A stretch of DNA of 63,968 nt, counting the filler, from Saprolegnia diclina VS20 (taxonomy: Eukaryota), in the NCBI RefSeq assembly GCF_000281045.1. It is 6 parts of 2 records of this genome, joined end to end, with 100 filler letters (N's around TTAATTAATTAA, not from the genome) between each part and the next. Parts side by side here need not be neighbours in the genome. Positions count along the whole stretch, not along the records: positions 20,345 to 39,520 come from NW_008246068.1; positions 39,621 to 49,011 come from NW_008246068.1; 4 more parts are not named here. One strand, written 5' to 3'. Below are positions 36,603-47,571 of this stretch, one piece after another. Every line of letters starts with the position of its first letter. The first letter of the stretch is position 1. The notes below the pieces were generated by a model, which had not been told where the DNA came from, ran no database searches, and saw only the letters and a program-made list of their open reading frames with translations. The translations under genes were made by a program, and so were the position numbers.

Positions 36603-37961
36603 ATGCTTCCGCATTTGCCTCTGCTTGCGTTGGGCGCGCTCTCAGCGTCCGTCGTTGCCGACAAGTTGGCCTGCGGCGTCTCACCCGGCGGCTGGACGCA
36701 AGTGCCCGGTGACTACCTCAAGGTGGCGTACGACGGCAAGACGCTGTGCGCGATCGATCTGCAATATAAACTCGCCTGCGCATCCTCAACAACGAGCCCG
36801 ATCCCGTGGTCGGCGATCCCAGGCGAGTACGCTGACATTGGCCTCGCCAACGGCATTTTGTACGCGCGCAAGCACGACGTCCAGGGCACGATGGTCGTGA
36901 CCAACTCGGTTACGAACGTGCAGTGGGCGACCGTGAACCTCAACTATGGCGCCGAAAAGCAAACTAGCTTTGCATTTGATGGCTCGACGCTCTGCGAGGC
37001 GACGGACGCCGGGCGCTTTGTCTGCACGAGCACTGCACCCGGTGGTATTCCGTACACGTGGACCAACGTGGACGGCAGCATTGTGCGGGCGGCGGTGCGC
37101 GGCAGCACGCTCTATGGTGTCGACGCCACCGGTCAACTGTTGAAGGGCACGACGGCGTCGGCACTGGCGAGCGGCAAGGGTCAGTGGGAAGCCATGTCCA
37201 ACAATTCGTTGTCGCAAGTGTCGTACGACGGGTCGCAGCTCTGCGGTGTTGACAAGAAACACCAGGCGCACTGCACGACCGGGTCGGTGGCGGCGACACC
37301 TCCGTCGCAGTGCTGCTTCAAAGACGGCGACGTCATTCAACTTCAGTCAGACACGGGCAAGTACCTTGGACGCTGCGGCGGAGGCTGCATCCCCGGGGCT
37401 TCATACCCCGACTCGGCGTTCGTGCACGTGTCGGACCCGTGGGCGGCTGACGCTGCGTGCGGTCGGTGGGCCGTCAAGAACGTCGGCAACGGCAAAATCA
37501 CGCTGCAGTCGGACTCGGGACGATACCTCGCACGCTGCTATGGGTGCGCCACGAGAGCCAAGGCGACGTACCCGGACGAAGCGTTTGTGCACAGCACGGA
37601 CCCTACGACAGCGTTTACGCAGTGGAAGTGCATCGACGCGGGTAACGGCAAGATTGGGCTCCAGAGTGACACGGGCAACTACCTCGCCCGCTGCAACAAT
37701 TGCTTTGGCACAAAGGTCTACCCAGACGTGGCCTTTGTGCACGCCAAGAGCTGGTCGGACGGCGCGTATGCGCAGTGGACCGTGTATAAAGCCAAGGACA
37801 AACCTCAGGCGAGCCAATGTCCGGTGCCCGCACCCGTCTTTAGCTGGCAGTCTCTGCCCGGCGAGTGGGAAAGCATTACGTCGTACAACGGCAACGTCTT
37901 TGGCATCGACACGACCAACCGCTTGTTCACGCGCACGGTGAGTGCGACGGCCAAGGCGTGA
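36603..37961 (+). CDS. Secreted protein: tectonin-like beta-propeller blades plus a three-repeat fascin/beta-trefoil-like domain, 452 aa
   Basis: Signal peptide; repeats WTQVPG...YDGKTLC; three copies of (GNGK)I.LQSD(T/S)G.YL.RC..C...YPD.AFVH...W; Inr/FPR-like CTCATTGCGCAATTT at 36572. Confidence 0.8.
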   Translation: MLPHLPLLALGALSASVVADKLACGVSPGGWTQVPGDYLKVAYDGKTLCAIDLQYKLACASSTTSPIPWSAIPGEYADIGLANGILYARKHDVQGTMVVTNSVTNVQWATVNLNYGAEKQTSFAFDGSTLCEATDAGRFVCTSTAPGGIPYTWTNVDGSIVRAAVRGSTLYGVDATGQLLKGTTASALASGKGQWEAMSNNSLSQVSYDGSQLCGVDKKHQAHCTTGSVAATPPSQCCFKDGDVIQLQSDTGKYLGRCGGGCIPGASYPDSAFVHVSDPWAADAACGRWAVKNVGNGKITLQSDSGRYLARCYGCATRAKATYPDEAFVHSTDPTTAFTQWKCIDAGNGKIGLQSDTGNYLARCNNCFGTKVYPDVAFVHAKSWSDGAYAQWTVYKAKDKPQASQCPVPAPVFSWQSLPGEWESITSYNGNVFGIDTTNRLFTRTVSATAKA

Positions 37962-38922
37962 ATAGACAATCTGTCGGATTTGGAGAGTAAAGTATCAATG
38001 TATCAATCTATGGTTGTCGCTCAAAAGGCGTTTGGTGCGAGCGCTTGGTCGATACGAGCAGCGTCGAGTCTTTCAGTTGCGACGAGCACGAGATATGCAT
38101 GAGCGCCACAAGTTGTCCCATAGCAAAATGGAGTGTTCTCGAGTGATTGTTACTGTTGATCACGTTGGACTAGCTGCCTTCCAACATAATCAAATTGACT
38201 TCCACACCATCAAGCTTTGTCTTTTGGGCGGCGCAGTATTATTGGCAGGGATCATCGACGAACACAAGAGACAAATTGTGGGTCGCTGCGCAAAACTGTG
38301 GATGGCACAATAGTCGCTACGGCAACAGCCTCGGGGAGTAGGGGCTGAACGACGCGAGTTGCAGAATTGCTCAAGAGCGTGTCAGTAATGGTACTATAGC
38401 GCAGCTACTAGTATTATTGGTTCATCCGACTGCGCTGGGTGTACCGATAATGCAGCACCAGCTTTGTACAAACTGCGATGACAAACCACCAGCGCTGCAA
38501 CATTGTGCCGCGCCTCGTCACGGATTTGAACTGTGTTTAGTCTTTCCTTCTTGCTCACGCAACGCGACTACCTCAACGCACCACTAAACTCGACTGCAAT
38601 TCGTTGCGCAGTAGTATGGATGAGTGCACGCCATTTGCCCTAGTTACCGTCACGTGAGCTACAACGACAGCGTGTACTCAACATTCCAATGCGACTGTCT
38701 GATTGGTCAATCCATTTTCAAAAATATGTTTAGCCAATCAAATCGTGCGAGTATACGGTCACAGTGGTTTAGTCTCCAGCGCTGATGACACCGGAGCATC
38801 AACACATCACCCGGTTCAATCGATCCACGAGTATCTTGGAGGTTCCATACAAAACCTGTGTATTGCACACGGCGATGGCGTACGTCGACACGCCGACCAA
38901 CGTTGGTGTTGTCGGTCGAAAG

Positions 38923-38938
38923 GCTCATTTTCCAATTT
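38923..38938 (+). promoter_or_regulatory. Oomycete Inr/FPR core promoter
   Basis: GCTCATTTTCCAATTT fits the GCTCATTYBNNNWTTY consensus and lies about 20 nt before the ABCG ATG. Confidence 0.7.
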
Positions 38939-38957
38939 GCCTTTGCCAGCGCCAACG

Positions 38958-41855
38958 ATGACTGACCCGGCAAATGACCTCCTCGCCCACGGCACGGCCG
39001 CGTACCACAACAAGATCAAGGAAGAGGTGGGCGGCGTCTTGCCGCCGCTCGAAATTCGCTTCACGGACCTCGCGCTCTCGGCCGACGTCCCGCTCATGAC
39101 GCGCCAAGAGCTGCCGACGCTCATGAGCGACGTCACCTCGATGGTGCGCGGTCTCTACCAGCCGTCGCGGACCGTGCGCAAGGACATTCTGCACCCGATG
39201 ACGGGGACGCTCACGCCCGGGACAATGACGCTCGTGCTCGGCCAGCCCCGGTCCGGCAAGTCGTCGTTCCTCAAGCTTTTGAGCGGCCAAGTCAAGACGA
39301 CCAAGAGCCTTCGCATGGACGGGCAGCTGACGTACAATGGCGTCTCGGACATGGGTCCCCACTTGGCGCGCTGGACGTCGTATGTGGCGCAGCGCGACGT
39401 GCACTACCCGACGCTCACGGTGCACGAGACACTGTCGTTTGCGTCTCGCTGCGTCACGAGCCGCGAGCAGCTAGCGGCGGTGCCCGAGCACGCGACGCCG
39501 CTTCTGGCGTCGATCGAAGCNNNNNNNNNNNNNNNNNNNNNNNNNNNNNNNNNNNNNNNNNNNNTTAATTAATTAANNNNNNNNNNNNNNNNNNNNNNNN
39601 NNNNNNNNNNNNNNNNNNNNTGGCTCCACTGGATCGACCCGCTCGCTTGGTCTCTCCGGGCGCTCACCATCAACCAGTACACGGCCTCCGATTTCAAGGG
39701 GTGCACGCTTGGTGGCATCGACTACTGCGCACTGACTGGCAGCACCTCGGTGGGCACGGCGCTCCTCGAGCAGTTTGGCCTTCGCACCAGCCGGGCGTGG
39801 ATCTGGTATGGCGTCTTGTATCTCGTCGGCTGCTACTTTGCGTTCCTCTTTTTCGCGTATCTCATCCTCGAGTACATTCGCTTTGACGACACGGATCACA
39901 GCCACGTGGTCGGAACCCAGTCTAATGACGGACGCTCTTCCACGGACGACGACGATGAAATGCCGTATCTCGAGGCACCCAAGACACCGACGGTCGCCAT
40001 CGCCGTGGCCCCCCGTGAGGTCGTACCCGTGACATTGACGTTTGAAAACTTGAGCTACACGGTCCCCAACCCGACAAAGGGCGAGCCCGACTTGCGGCTG
40101 CTCAAGTCTATCAGTGGCTATGCGCTGCCGGGCACGGTCACCGCGCTCATGGGGGCGTCCGGTGCCGGCAAGACCACCTTGATGGACGTCATCGCCGGGC
40201 GCAAGTCGAGCGGCAAGATCGACGGCGAGATCAAGCTCAACGGCCACATCGCAACCGACCTAGCGATTCGTCGGTCGACGGGCTACTGCGAGCAGATGGA
40301 CGTGCACTCCGAGTCGGCCACCTTCCGCGAGGCGCTTCAGTTTAGCTCGATGCTGCGGCAGTCGGACGACATTCCCGCGGCCGACAAGCTCGCGTTCGCA
40401 GAAGAGTGCTTGTCGCTCCTTGGGCTCGATACGATCGGCGATAAGATCATCCGCGGGTCGTCTGTCGAGCAGATGAAGCGCCTCACGATCGGTGTCGAGC
40501 TCGCGGCGTCGCCGTCTGTGCTGTTTCTTGATGAGCCGACGTCAGGTCTGGATGCGCGCTCGGCCAAGATCGTCATGGCCGGCATCCGCAAGATCGCGTC
40601 AACAGGTCGCACGGTCGTCTGCACGATCCACCAGCCGTCGGCCGAGGTCTTTGAGATGTTTGACAACCTCCTCCTCCTCAAGCGCGGTGGCGAGACCGTC
40701 TTCTTTGGCGACCTCGGCACCAAGGCGGCGCATTTGATCCGCTATTTCTCTTCGCTGCCGGGCACGCCGCCGATCGAGGCCGGTATGAACCCCGCGGCAT
40801 GGATGCTCGATGTCATTGGCGCCGGCGTCGAAGTGCGCGCTCAAGCTGTCGACTTTGTGCAGGCGTTTGCGTTGTCGGCTGAGCGTCAAGCGCTCACGGA
40901 CGGTCTTGCAGTACACGCTGCACCGCACCCGGAGCTCGAGGCGCTCACGTTTGGCTCCAAGCGCGCGGCTGCGTTGAGTACGCAGTTGGGTCAGCTACTG
41001 CGCCGCTTTGTCCGTCTGCACTGGCGCACGCCGTCGTACAACAACACGCGCGGCGTCATCTCGATCGCCCTCGCCATCTTCTTTGGTCTCTTGTACAACA
41101 AAGTGGACTATACGACCTTCTCGGGGGCGACCGGCGGCATCGGGATGATCTACCTCTCGTCCGTCTTCATCAGCATGGTCTCGTTCTTCTCCGTGATGGT
41201 GCTCGTCGTCGACGACCGCAGCGCGTTTTACCGCGAGCGCGCGTCGCAGACGTACTCGGCGCTCGCTTACTTTGTCGCGTCGACGCTGACCGAGATTCCG
41301 CACGTCGTTGGCTCGACCTTTGCGTTCGCCATCATCTTTTACCCGTTTGTGGGTCTCAACGTGTCGGTGGGCGCGTGCTTGTACTACGGACTCAACCTCT
41401 CGCTCATGGTGCTCTTCCACGTCTACTTTGGCCAGCTCATGGCCATTCTGCTACCCAACGTCGACGTGGCGGGCACCGTCGGCTTTCTCTTCAGCTCCAT
41501 TTTCATGCTCTTCATGGGCTTTGCGCCGCCGGCGTCGCAGATTCCGAGTGGCTTCCGGTGGCTCTACAGCGTTGTGCCACCCAAGTTTAGCATGGCCATT
41601 CTGGCTGCCGAGACGTTTGCCAAGTGCACGGATGGCCACGAACTCGGCTGCAAGACGCTCGCGCACGTTCCGCCCAGTGTCCTCAAAGCGATGGGCAATG
41701 CCTCCAGCATCACGCTCAAGGAGTACGTCGAGGGCGTGTACGAGATGAAGTACGACGACGCCAGCACCAACACGCTCGCCACGCTCGGCTGGATCGCCAT
41801 CATCTTGGCTCTCAACGCGATCGCGCTTCGCTTCATCAACCACCAAAAGAGATAG
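38958..41855 (+). CDS. PDR-type full-size ABCG transporter, copy B; middle missing at spacer 39521-39620
   Basis: 5' piece NBD1 (GQPRSGKS). 3' piece: end of TMD1, NBD2 (MGASGAGKTT, GYCEQMD, GSSVEQMKRLTIGVELAA, FLDEPTSGLD, CTIHQP) and TMD2 ending LRFINHQKR. Confidence 0.88.
39565..39576. other. Artificial contig spacer TTAATTAATTAA
   Basis: Same 100-bp N/linker block. Confidence 0.95.
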
Positions 41856-42979
41856 AAGTAGCTAGAACTACATATCCATATATACTGCATGAATACACGG
41901 TTTGCTTAATCCATACTCGACCGAAAGAACGCTTGCGCAACTTCAAACTATCTTTTGATCAGCTGACAGATAAACCCAATCCATGGTTTTCCCAATGGTT
42001 TGTCCCAATGGATCAGGGACAAACCCAACAGAAACCCTTGTCGTTTCCACTGTTGCATCGCTAGAGAATCCAGTACTGCCATGTGCCTCCTTGCTACTAT
42101 ACAAAAGATACTTTAGCGGCTTCTGATCTCGAGGGGCGTGTCCGTCGACACGACATCAAGCCATGAACGACCGCCAGAAGCACACTTCGTAGTCACTGCC
42201 AAGTCAAGCTGCCGCAGTTGACGCCACGCGCATCCGCTCAACCAATCACTAGAGTGCATGTATCCAACGCAATGGACTGTGACGACTAGAATGCCATCAC
42301 CAACACAATCGGCTGAGTCGCTGCACTGTTCGTCCACGATCACAGCAGTCGCATCGCAGCAGCCATCAACATATTCGACCATGTGCTTGAAGCTCCAGAA
42401 CACAGACAGTACCCTGCAAGCATTGGGTGCAAAGCTACCACGGCGCCCGTACTGCAAACCGAGAAACCACCCATCGCCGCGCAAGTACATGTGCACACGC
42501 AAAGACAAGTGTGCTTCGACGCCGCCGACATGCTACGCCCGGTGCTCTATCTACCGTATCCACACCCTTTGGTCAAAGAGCGCGCTTCTACGCGTCCTCG
42601 TCAGCACAATGTATCTCGACCACAGGTTTCCATAAATCCTGTACTGGATTCTGCATCTGATCCGCCGTTACGGATCGTCTCACATGGTGGGTGCGGCCAC
42701 AGCAGCTGGTTCCGCAGTCGCCGCTGCGAAGTGCTATGGTTCGTTACGAAGCAAGCGGGTGGCGCTAAACTTCTCACCCGGCGCACACTTGTCGATAGCT
42801 GCGTCGTCGGCGTCGGACGTAGGCTTCTATTTGTTGTCCTTCGCATCGAGTTTCGTCGACGGCCTGTCCTGGTTGGTTGGATCAGGCACATTGCAGTTGG
42901 ACCAACTTCAAGTAAAAAATCCACGTGTCACTTGCACCCGTATGCTCTGGATTTCAGAGTTTGTGGCTCGCATTCGTTC

Positions 42980-42994
42980 CTCACTTTTCAATTT
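42980..42994 (+). promoter_or_regulatory. Inr/FPR-like core promoter of the amylase gene
   Basis: CTCACTTTTCAATTT ends 3 nt before the ATG at 42998; the identical 15-mer occurs at 47216-47230. Confidence 0.6.
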
Positions 42995-42997
42995 GCG

Positions 42998-45900
42998 ATG
43001 CGCAGTGCAAGCGTCGTCCTCGCCGCGGCTATCGCGTCGGCGCTTGGCGCCAACCCGGTCATCTACGAGATCTCGACGCGCCCATGGCTCTACGAGCTCT
43101 CGCTCAAGTACAACCGCCCCATGTCGCTCCATGATCCGTCTGCGCTCGCGCTCATCCAGAAGGAGCTGTTGGCGCTCAAGGCCACGTACAACCCCGACTA
43201 CATCTGGATGATGGGGGTGTGGCAGCTCGGTGCGTACGGTCTGAACCTCGACCAGACCACAAAGAACGACGAGTTCAATTCGATTCTGCCGGGTTGGACC
43301 AAGGATGACGTGATCGGGTCGCCGTACGCGGTCGCCAACTACACGTGCAACCCGTCGATTGGCTCGGACGACGACCTCCGCGCGCTCAAGTCATTTTTGA
43401 ATGCCAACAAGATGAAGCTCATGCTCGACTTTGTACCCAACCACGTCGCGGTGGACCACCCGTGGGCGTGCTCGCAGCCCGAGTTCCTCCTCCCGCTCGA
43501 CCAGGCCGACCTCGGGTCGCGCTCGTGCGCCAAGGGCCCGACTGTCCGTCCGCCGTGCAGCAGCCGGTCGTTCTACACGGGCGGCGACTACTGGAACTCG
43601 GGGTGGGTCGACACCGTCCAGCTCAACTACTGGAGCCCGGCGCTCCGGTCGGCGCAGATCGAGACGCTGTCGCACATTGCGAGTTTGGCCGACGGCATTC
43701 GCTGCGACATGGCCATGTCGGTCCTTAACCGCGAGATCGAACTCGCTTGGGTCAACGACAACCGCAACGGCAACAGCTGCTCGACGGGGTCGCAAGGGCG
43801 CATGCCGACGAAATTTGCGGCATCGCCGCCAAAGACCGAATTTTGGGCCGACGCGATCCCGGTGCTCAAAGCCAAGTACCCGAGTCTCTTTTTGATGGCT
43901 GAGAACTACAACTATGGCTTTACGCCGACGCCGGAAGACCTGTACCTCCAATCACTCGGCTTTGACGTGACGTACGACATGGACGCGCTCAAGACAATCG
44001 ATGCGATGCCGATCGGGTCGGGCAAGGCCAGCTTTGTCGACCTCGTGCGCGCCAGCAGCGCCAAGTACGCCAAGTCCGTCCACTTTGTCGAAAACCACGA
44101 CGACAACCGCGCGGCCGGCACGCTCTTCAACTACAAGGCGTCGGCGGCGCGGGCGGCGGCGCTCGCCGTCACGTCGCTCCCCGGCACCAAACTCTTTTTC
44201 CACGGGCAGTTTGACTGCAACCCGAACCGCCTATCGGTGCAGCTTCGGCGCGGCGTCTCGTTCAAGCCCGACGCGTACTGCCAAACGTGGTATGCTGATC
44301 TGCTGCAGACGCTCACGGACGACGTGCACACGCGCGGGAATTGGCTCGGCATCGACTCGGCGCCGTTCTCGACTTCCGACGGCAGCGATGTCATCTCGTA
44401 CAAGTGGCAGTACAACTGCACCGAGCGCCTCGTGGTCGCCAACTACCGCGACGCGTGGAGCAACGTGCGCATTCCACTCTCGTTCCCCAAGATTACCAAC
44501 AAGAACACGCTTGTGACCATCTCTGAGCGCCTCCTTGGTGCGGGCCTGACGTCCAAGCGCTCGTGGACGCTGCCAGTCAAGGACCTCGAGACCAGCGGTC
44601 TCTCGGTGATCCTGAGCAACTTTGACAGCCAAGTTTTCGACTACTCGATCTGCCCACCGTCGGCGCCGACGGCTGCTCCCGTGACGACGACGGCTCCTGC
44701 GACGACGACGGCCCCTGTCTCGACACCCGCAGCGTGCACGAGCCCTGTGACTGAGATCCGCAACCGCACTGCGGCGGCGTGGAAGGAGCGCTCGGTCTAT
44801 CAGATTTTGACCGATCGCTTCGCGGGTCCGTCGTCGGGTGCGTGCAAGGACCTCTCGACGTACTGCGGCGGCACCTTCAACGGCATCAAGAGCAACCTCC
44901 AGTACATCCGCGGCATGGGCTTTGACGCGATCTGGATCAGCCCCGTCGTCGACAACAGCCCTGGCGGCTACCACGGCTACTGGGCGCGCAACTGGGACAA
45001 GATCAACGCTAACTTCGGCACGCCAGAGGAGCTCAAGGCACTTGTGGACGCGGCCCACGCGCTCGACATGTGGATCATGGTCGACGTCGTCGCCAACCAC
45101 GTGGCACCAGTCGGCAACGACTTTAGCTCGATCGTGCCGTTCAACAACCCGTCGCACTACCACCCGTCGTGCGAGATCACAGACTGGAGCAACCAAAAGA
45201 TGGTCGAGACTTGCCGTCTCTCGGGCCTCCCGGACCTCGACCAGTCCAACGCTTTCGTGCGCTCGTACCTCCTCAAGTGGATCACCAAGCTCGTGACCGA
45301 CTATGGCTTTGACGGCGTTCGCGTCGACACCGTGCCTGAAGTCGCCAAGGACTTTTGGGCCGAGTTCAACAAGGCGGCCGGTGTCTTCCAGGTCGGCGAA
45401 GTCTTCAACGGCGACCCCAAGTACGTTGGTGGCTACCAGCCGTCGGTCAGCAGCGTCTTCAACTACCCAATGTCCTTTACGATCGGCGACGTCTTTGGCG
45501 CTGGCCAGAGCATGAAGGCGATCAAGAGCCGCGTGGACGCCAACAGCAACTACGCTGACCCGACCATTCTCGGGTCGTTTGTCGACAACCACGACAACCC
45601 GCGTTTCATGAACAAGTACCCGAACAAGCAGGCGCAGCTCCGGGCCGCGACCGTCTTTTCGCTCACGACCGAAGGCATTCCGTTCGTGTACTATGGCACC
45701 GAACAGTACTACGGCGGCGGCGTCGACCCGGCCAACCGCGAGTCGCTCTGGACCAACCTCGACACGACGTCCGACTTGTACAAAATTCTCTCGGTTGTCC
45801 ACCGCCAGCGCAAAAAGTCGCAGATCTGGCTCTCGCCGTGGGTCGAGCGGTACGCAGCCGACAACTTTTACAGCTTTAGCCGCGGCGCCTTCCTCGTCGC

Positions 45901-46081
45901 GCTCACCAACTCGAACGCGCAGCAGCACGTCAAGGTGAGCTACCATCCGTTCAAGGACGGCGACGTCGTCTGCAACATCTTTTGGCCCAAGGACGACTGC
46001 CAAACGGTCGCGGGGGGCGTCGACGTGTACCTCAACAATGGCGAGAGCAAGATCTATGTTCTCAAGTCCATGCTCGCCTAA
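42998..46081 (+). CDS. Secreted alpha-amylase with two tandem GH13 catalytic domains, 1027 aa, intronless
   Basis: Signal peptide MRSASVVLAAAIASALGA. Domain 1: DFVPNH, DGIRCDMA, MAENY, FVENHDD. Pro/Thr linker. Domain 2: YQILTDRF, YHGYW, DVVANH, DGVRVDTV, GEVF, FVDNHDN. Confidence 0.92.
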   Translation: MRSASVVLAAAIASALGANPVIYEISTRPWLYELSLKYNRPMSLHDPSALALIQKELLALKATYNPDYIWMMGVWQLGAYGLNLDQTTKNDEFNSILPGWTKDDVIGSPYAVANYTCNPSIGSDDDLRALKSFLNANKMKLMLDFVPNHVAVDHPWACSQPEFLLPLDQADLGSRSCAKGPTVRPPCSSRSFYTGGDYWNSGWVDTVQLNYWSPALRSAQIETLSHIASLADGIRCDMAMSVLNREIELAWVNDNRNGNSCSTGSQGRMPTKFAASPPKTEFWADAIPVLKAKYPSLFLMAENYNYGFTPTPEDLYLQSLGFDVTYDMDALKTIDAMPIGSGKASFVDLVRASSAKYAKSVHFVENHDDNRAAGTLFNYKASAARAAALAVTSLPGTKLFFHGQFDCNPNRLSVQLRRGVSFKPDAYCQTWYADLLQTLTDDVHTRGNWLGIDSAPFSTSDGSDVISYKWQYNCTERLVVANYRDAWSNVRIPLSFPKITNKNTLVTISERLLGAGLTSKRSWTLPVKDLETSGLSVILSNFDSQVFDYSICPPSAPTAAPVTTTAPATTTAPVSTPAACTSPVTEIRNRTAAAWKERSVYQILTDRFAGPSSGACKDLSTYCGGTFNGIKSNLQYIRGMGFDAIWISPVVDNSPGGYHGYWARNWDKINANFGTPEELKALVDAAHALDMWIMVDVVANHVAPVGNDFSSIVPFNNPSHYHPSCEITDWSNQKMVETCRLSGLPDLDQSNAFVRSYLLKWITKLVTDYGFDGVRVDTVPEVAKDFWAEFNKAAGVFQVGEVFNGDPKYVGGYQPSVSSVFNYPMSFTIGDVFGAGQSMKAIKSRVDANSNYADPTILGSFVDNHDNPRFMNKYPNKQAQLRAATVFSLTTEGIPFVYYGTEQYYGGGVDPANRESLWTNLDTTSDLYKILSVVHRQRKKSQIWLSPWVERYAADNFYSFSRGAFLVALTNSNAQQHVKVSYHPFKDGDVVCNIFWPKDDCQTVAGGVDVYLNNGESKIYVLKSMLA

Positions 46082-47214
46082 GTCTACGTTGTATAAGCTT
46101 TTCATACTGTCTTTTATTTTGTTTGTACAAAAAGTAGAATGGCTAATCCTATGATTGGTGGCTACTGTCGGACCGTCAAGTGTGGTCATCGCCAGCGCAA
46201 GTGCATTATCTCGTAGAGAGCGCTTTCTAATTGTGCGCTTCGTTGCCAGGCAGCTGGTCGACATGAGAGTAGCCGTGTCGATAGCTTGCTCTCGGGCTCG
46301 GCACATCGGGGTCTTGCGGGCCCTCTGCCAATACCCACTTGTCGGCCACGTCGAAGCAGCCACTCAGATCTGGTTCAATGCACGCAGCGGTATCTGTCCT
46401 TGAGACTGCCATCTTCGTCTTGGCCGGTATTTGCCGCAGTCACGTGGGACTCGTTGGTGGACTCGAAATAAGGTCTTTGCGTATCTTTCAGGATAAATCC
46501 TAAAGCTGAAGATCCTAAACGAAATACAAGTCATCGCAAGCAGCGGATGTAGTTCTATGAACCACAAGGCGCATGCGGACTGCAATGGTGCTGTCGCACA
46601 CTACTAGACGCGCCGTGTAGCAGCTCTATTAGCTAGCTGGTACTGATCGATGTTGCAAGGTACTGTAATCTAGATCGACGAGCTCGTTACGGGCAGTAGG
46701 CGGTCGGACGAGGAAATCTTCTAGTCCATGGAGAAGTACACGCAGCACGTTAGCGTCGAGGGATGGCCATGGGCAACGTACAGAGTAGCGAATTCTTGGG
46801 GTATACCTCATTGAGGTCCGTGGAAGCATGCATGAGGCTGCTAAGGTCGATGATTGCGCAGCGCTTATGGGCTGATCACCCTGCCGCTTGTCGTAGACGA
46901 ATCACGCGCAAGGTGGTTTTGCCCTCATTACACGCGTTTGTCCGCTTTTAACCGGATGGAAGGCTCCGTTTTGCTATATTAAATTGTGCCAGCGGCGTTT
47001 AACCCAAGTGGGTACAACTTGGGACAATTATCATTCCTGTGGTTCAGTTGGGACAAACGTTTTTCGCTCGCGGGATATTGCCCATCGTTGTCGAACGATG
47101 AATCGTGCAAAGAGGGAGTTTCTACGATGCAAACCAAGAAGTCCCCGATCCGGAAGATCGCCCCGAATTCGACGGGGTGAGCTGGCGGGGTGGTCAGCGA
47201 CGAAGCGGTACGGA

Positions 47215-47230
47215 GCTCACTTTTCAATTT
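47215..47230 (+). promoter_or_regulatory. Inr/FPR-like core promoter of the second Dabb gene
   Basis: GCTCACTTTTCAATTT ends 26 nt before the ATG at 47257. Confidence 0.65.
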
Positions 47231-47256
47231 ACCGCACAGCCACCAAGTAGCCTACC

Positions 47257-47571
47257 ATGGAACACATTGTTCTTTTCCAGTTCAATCCCGAAGTGACGCC
47301 GGAGGCCATCACTGCCTTTGGCAACTCCATCTTGGCGCTCAAGGAAGTCGTCCCCGGGATCATCGACATGGCCTTTGGCGAAGACCTCAAGGTCGGCCAC
47401 GCCCAGAACTTCACGCACGGCCTCGTCGCGCGCATGGAAAGCCCCGAGGTGCTCGAGGCCTACCTCATCCACCCGGACCACGTCGCTGTCGTCAAGGTCC
47501 TCCACGAAATCGTGGCCAACTTTTTGGCGTTCGACTTTCTGAGCTCGCGCGATGCCCCGACCCGTGCCTAA
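47257..47571 (+). CDS. Dabb protein paralog, 104 aa
   Basis: MEHIVLFQF, VPGIIDMAFG, FTHG, YLIHPDH. Confidence 0.9.
   Translation: MEHIVLFQFNPEVTPEAITAFGNSILALKEVVPGIIDMAFGEDLKVGHAQNFTHGLVARMESPEVLEAYLIHPDHVAVVKVLHEIVANFLAFDFLSSRDAPTRA

Noticed and set aside
42383..42997. N-terminal 205-aa extension of the amylase ORF (similar extensions at 49130, 38703, 21885 and 26901)
   Set aside because: These arise from non-ATG or upstream in-frame starts in the ORF track; the signal peptide or Inr position places the real starts downstream.
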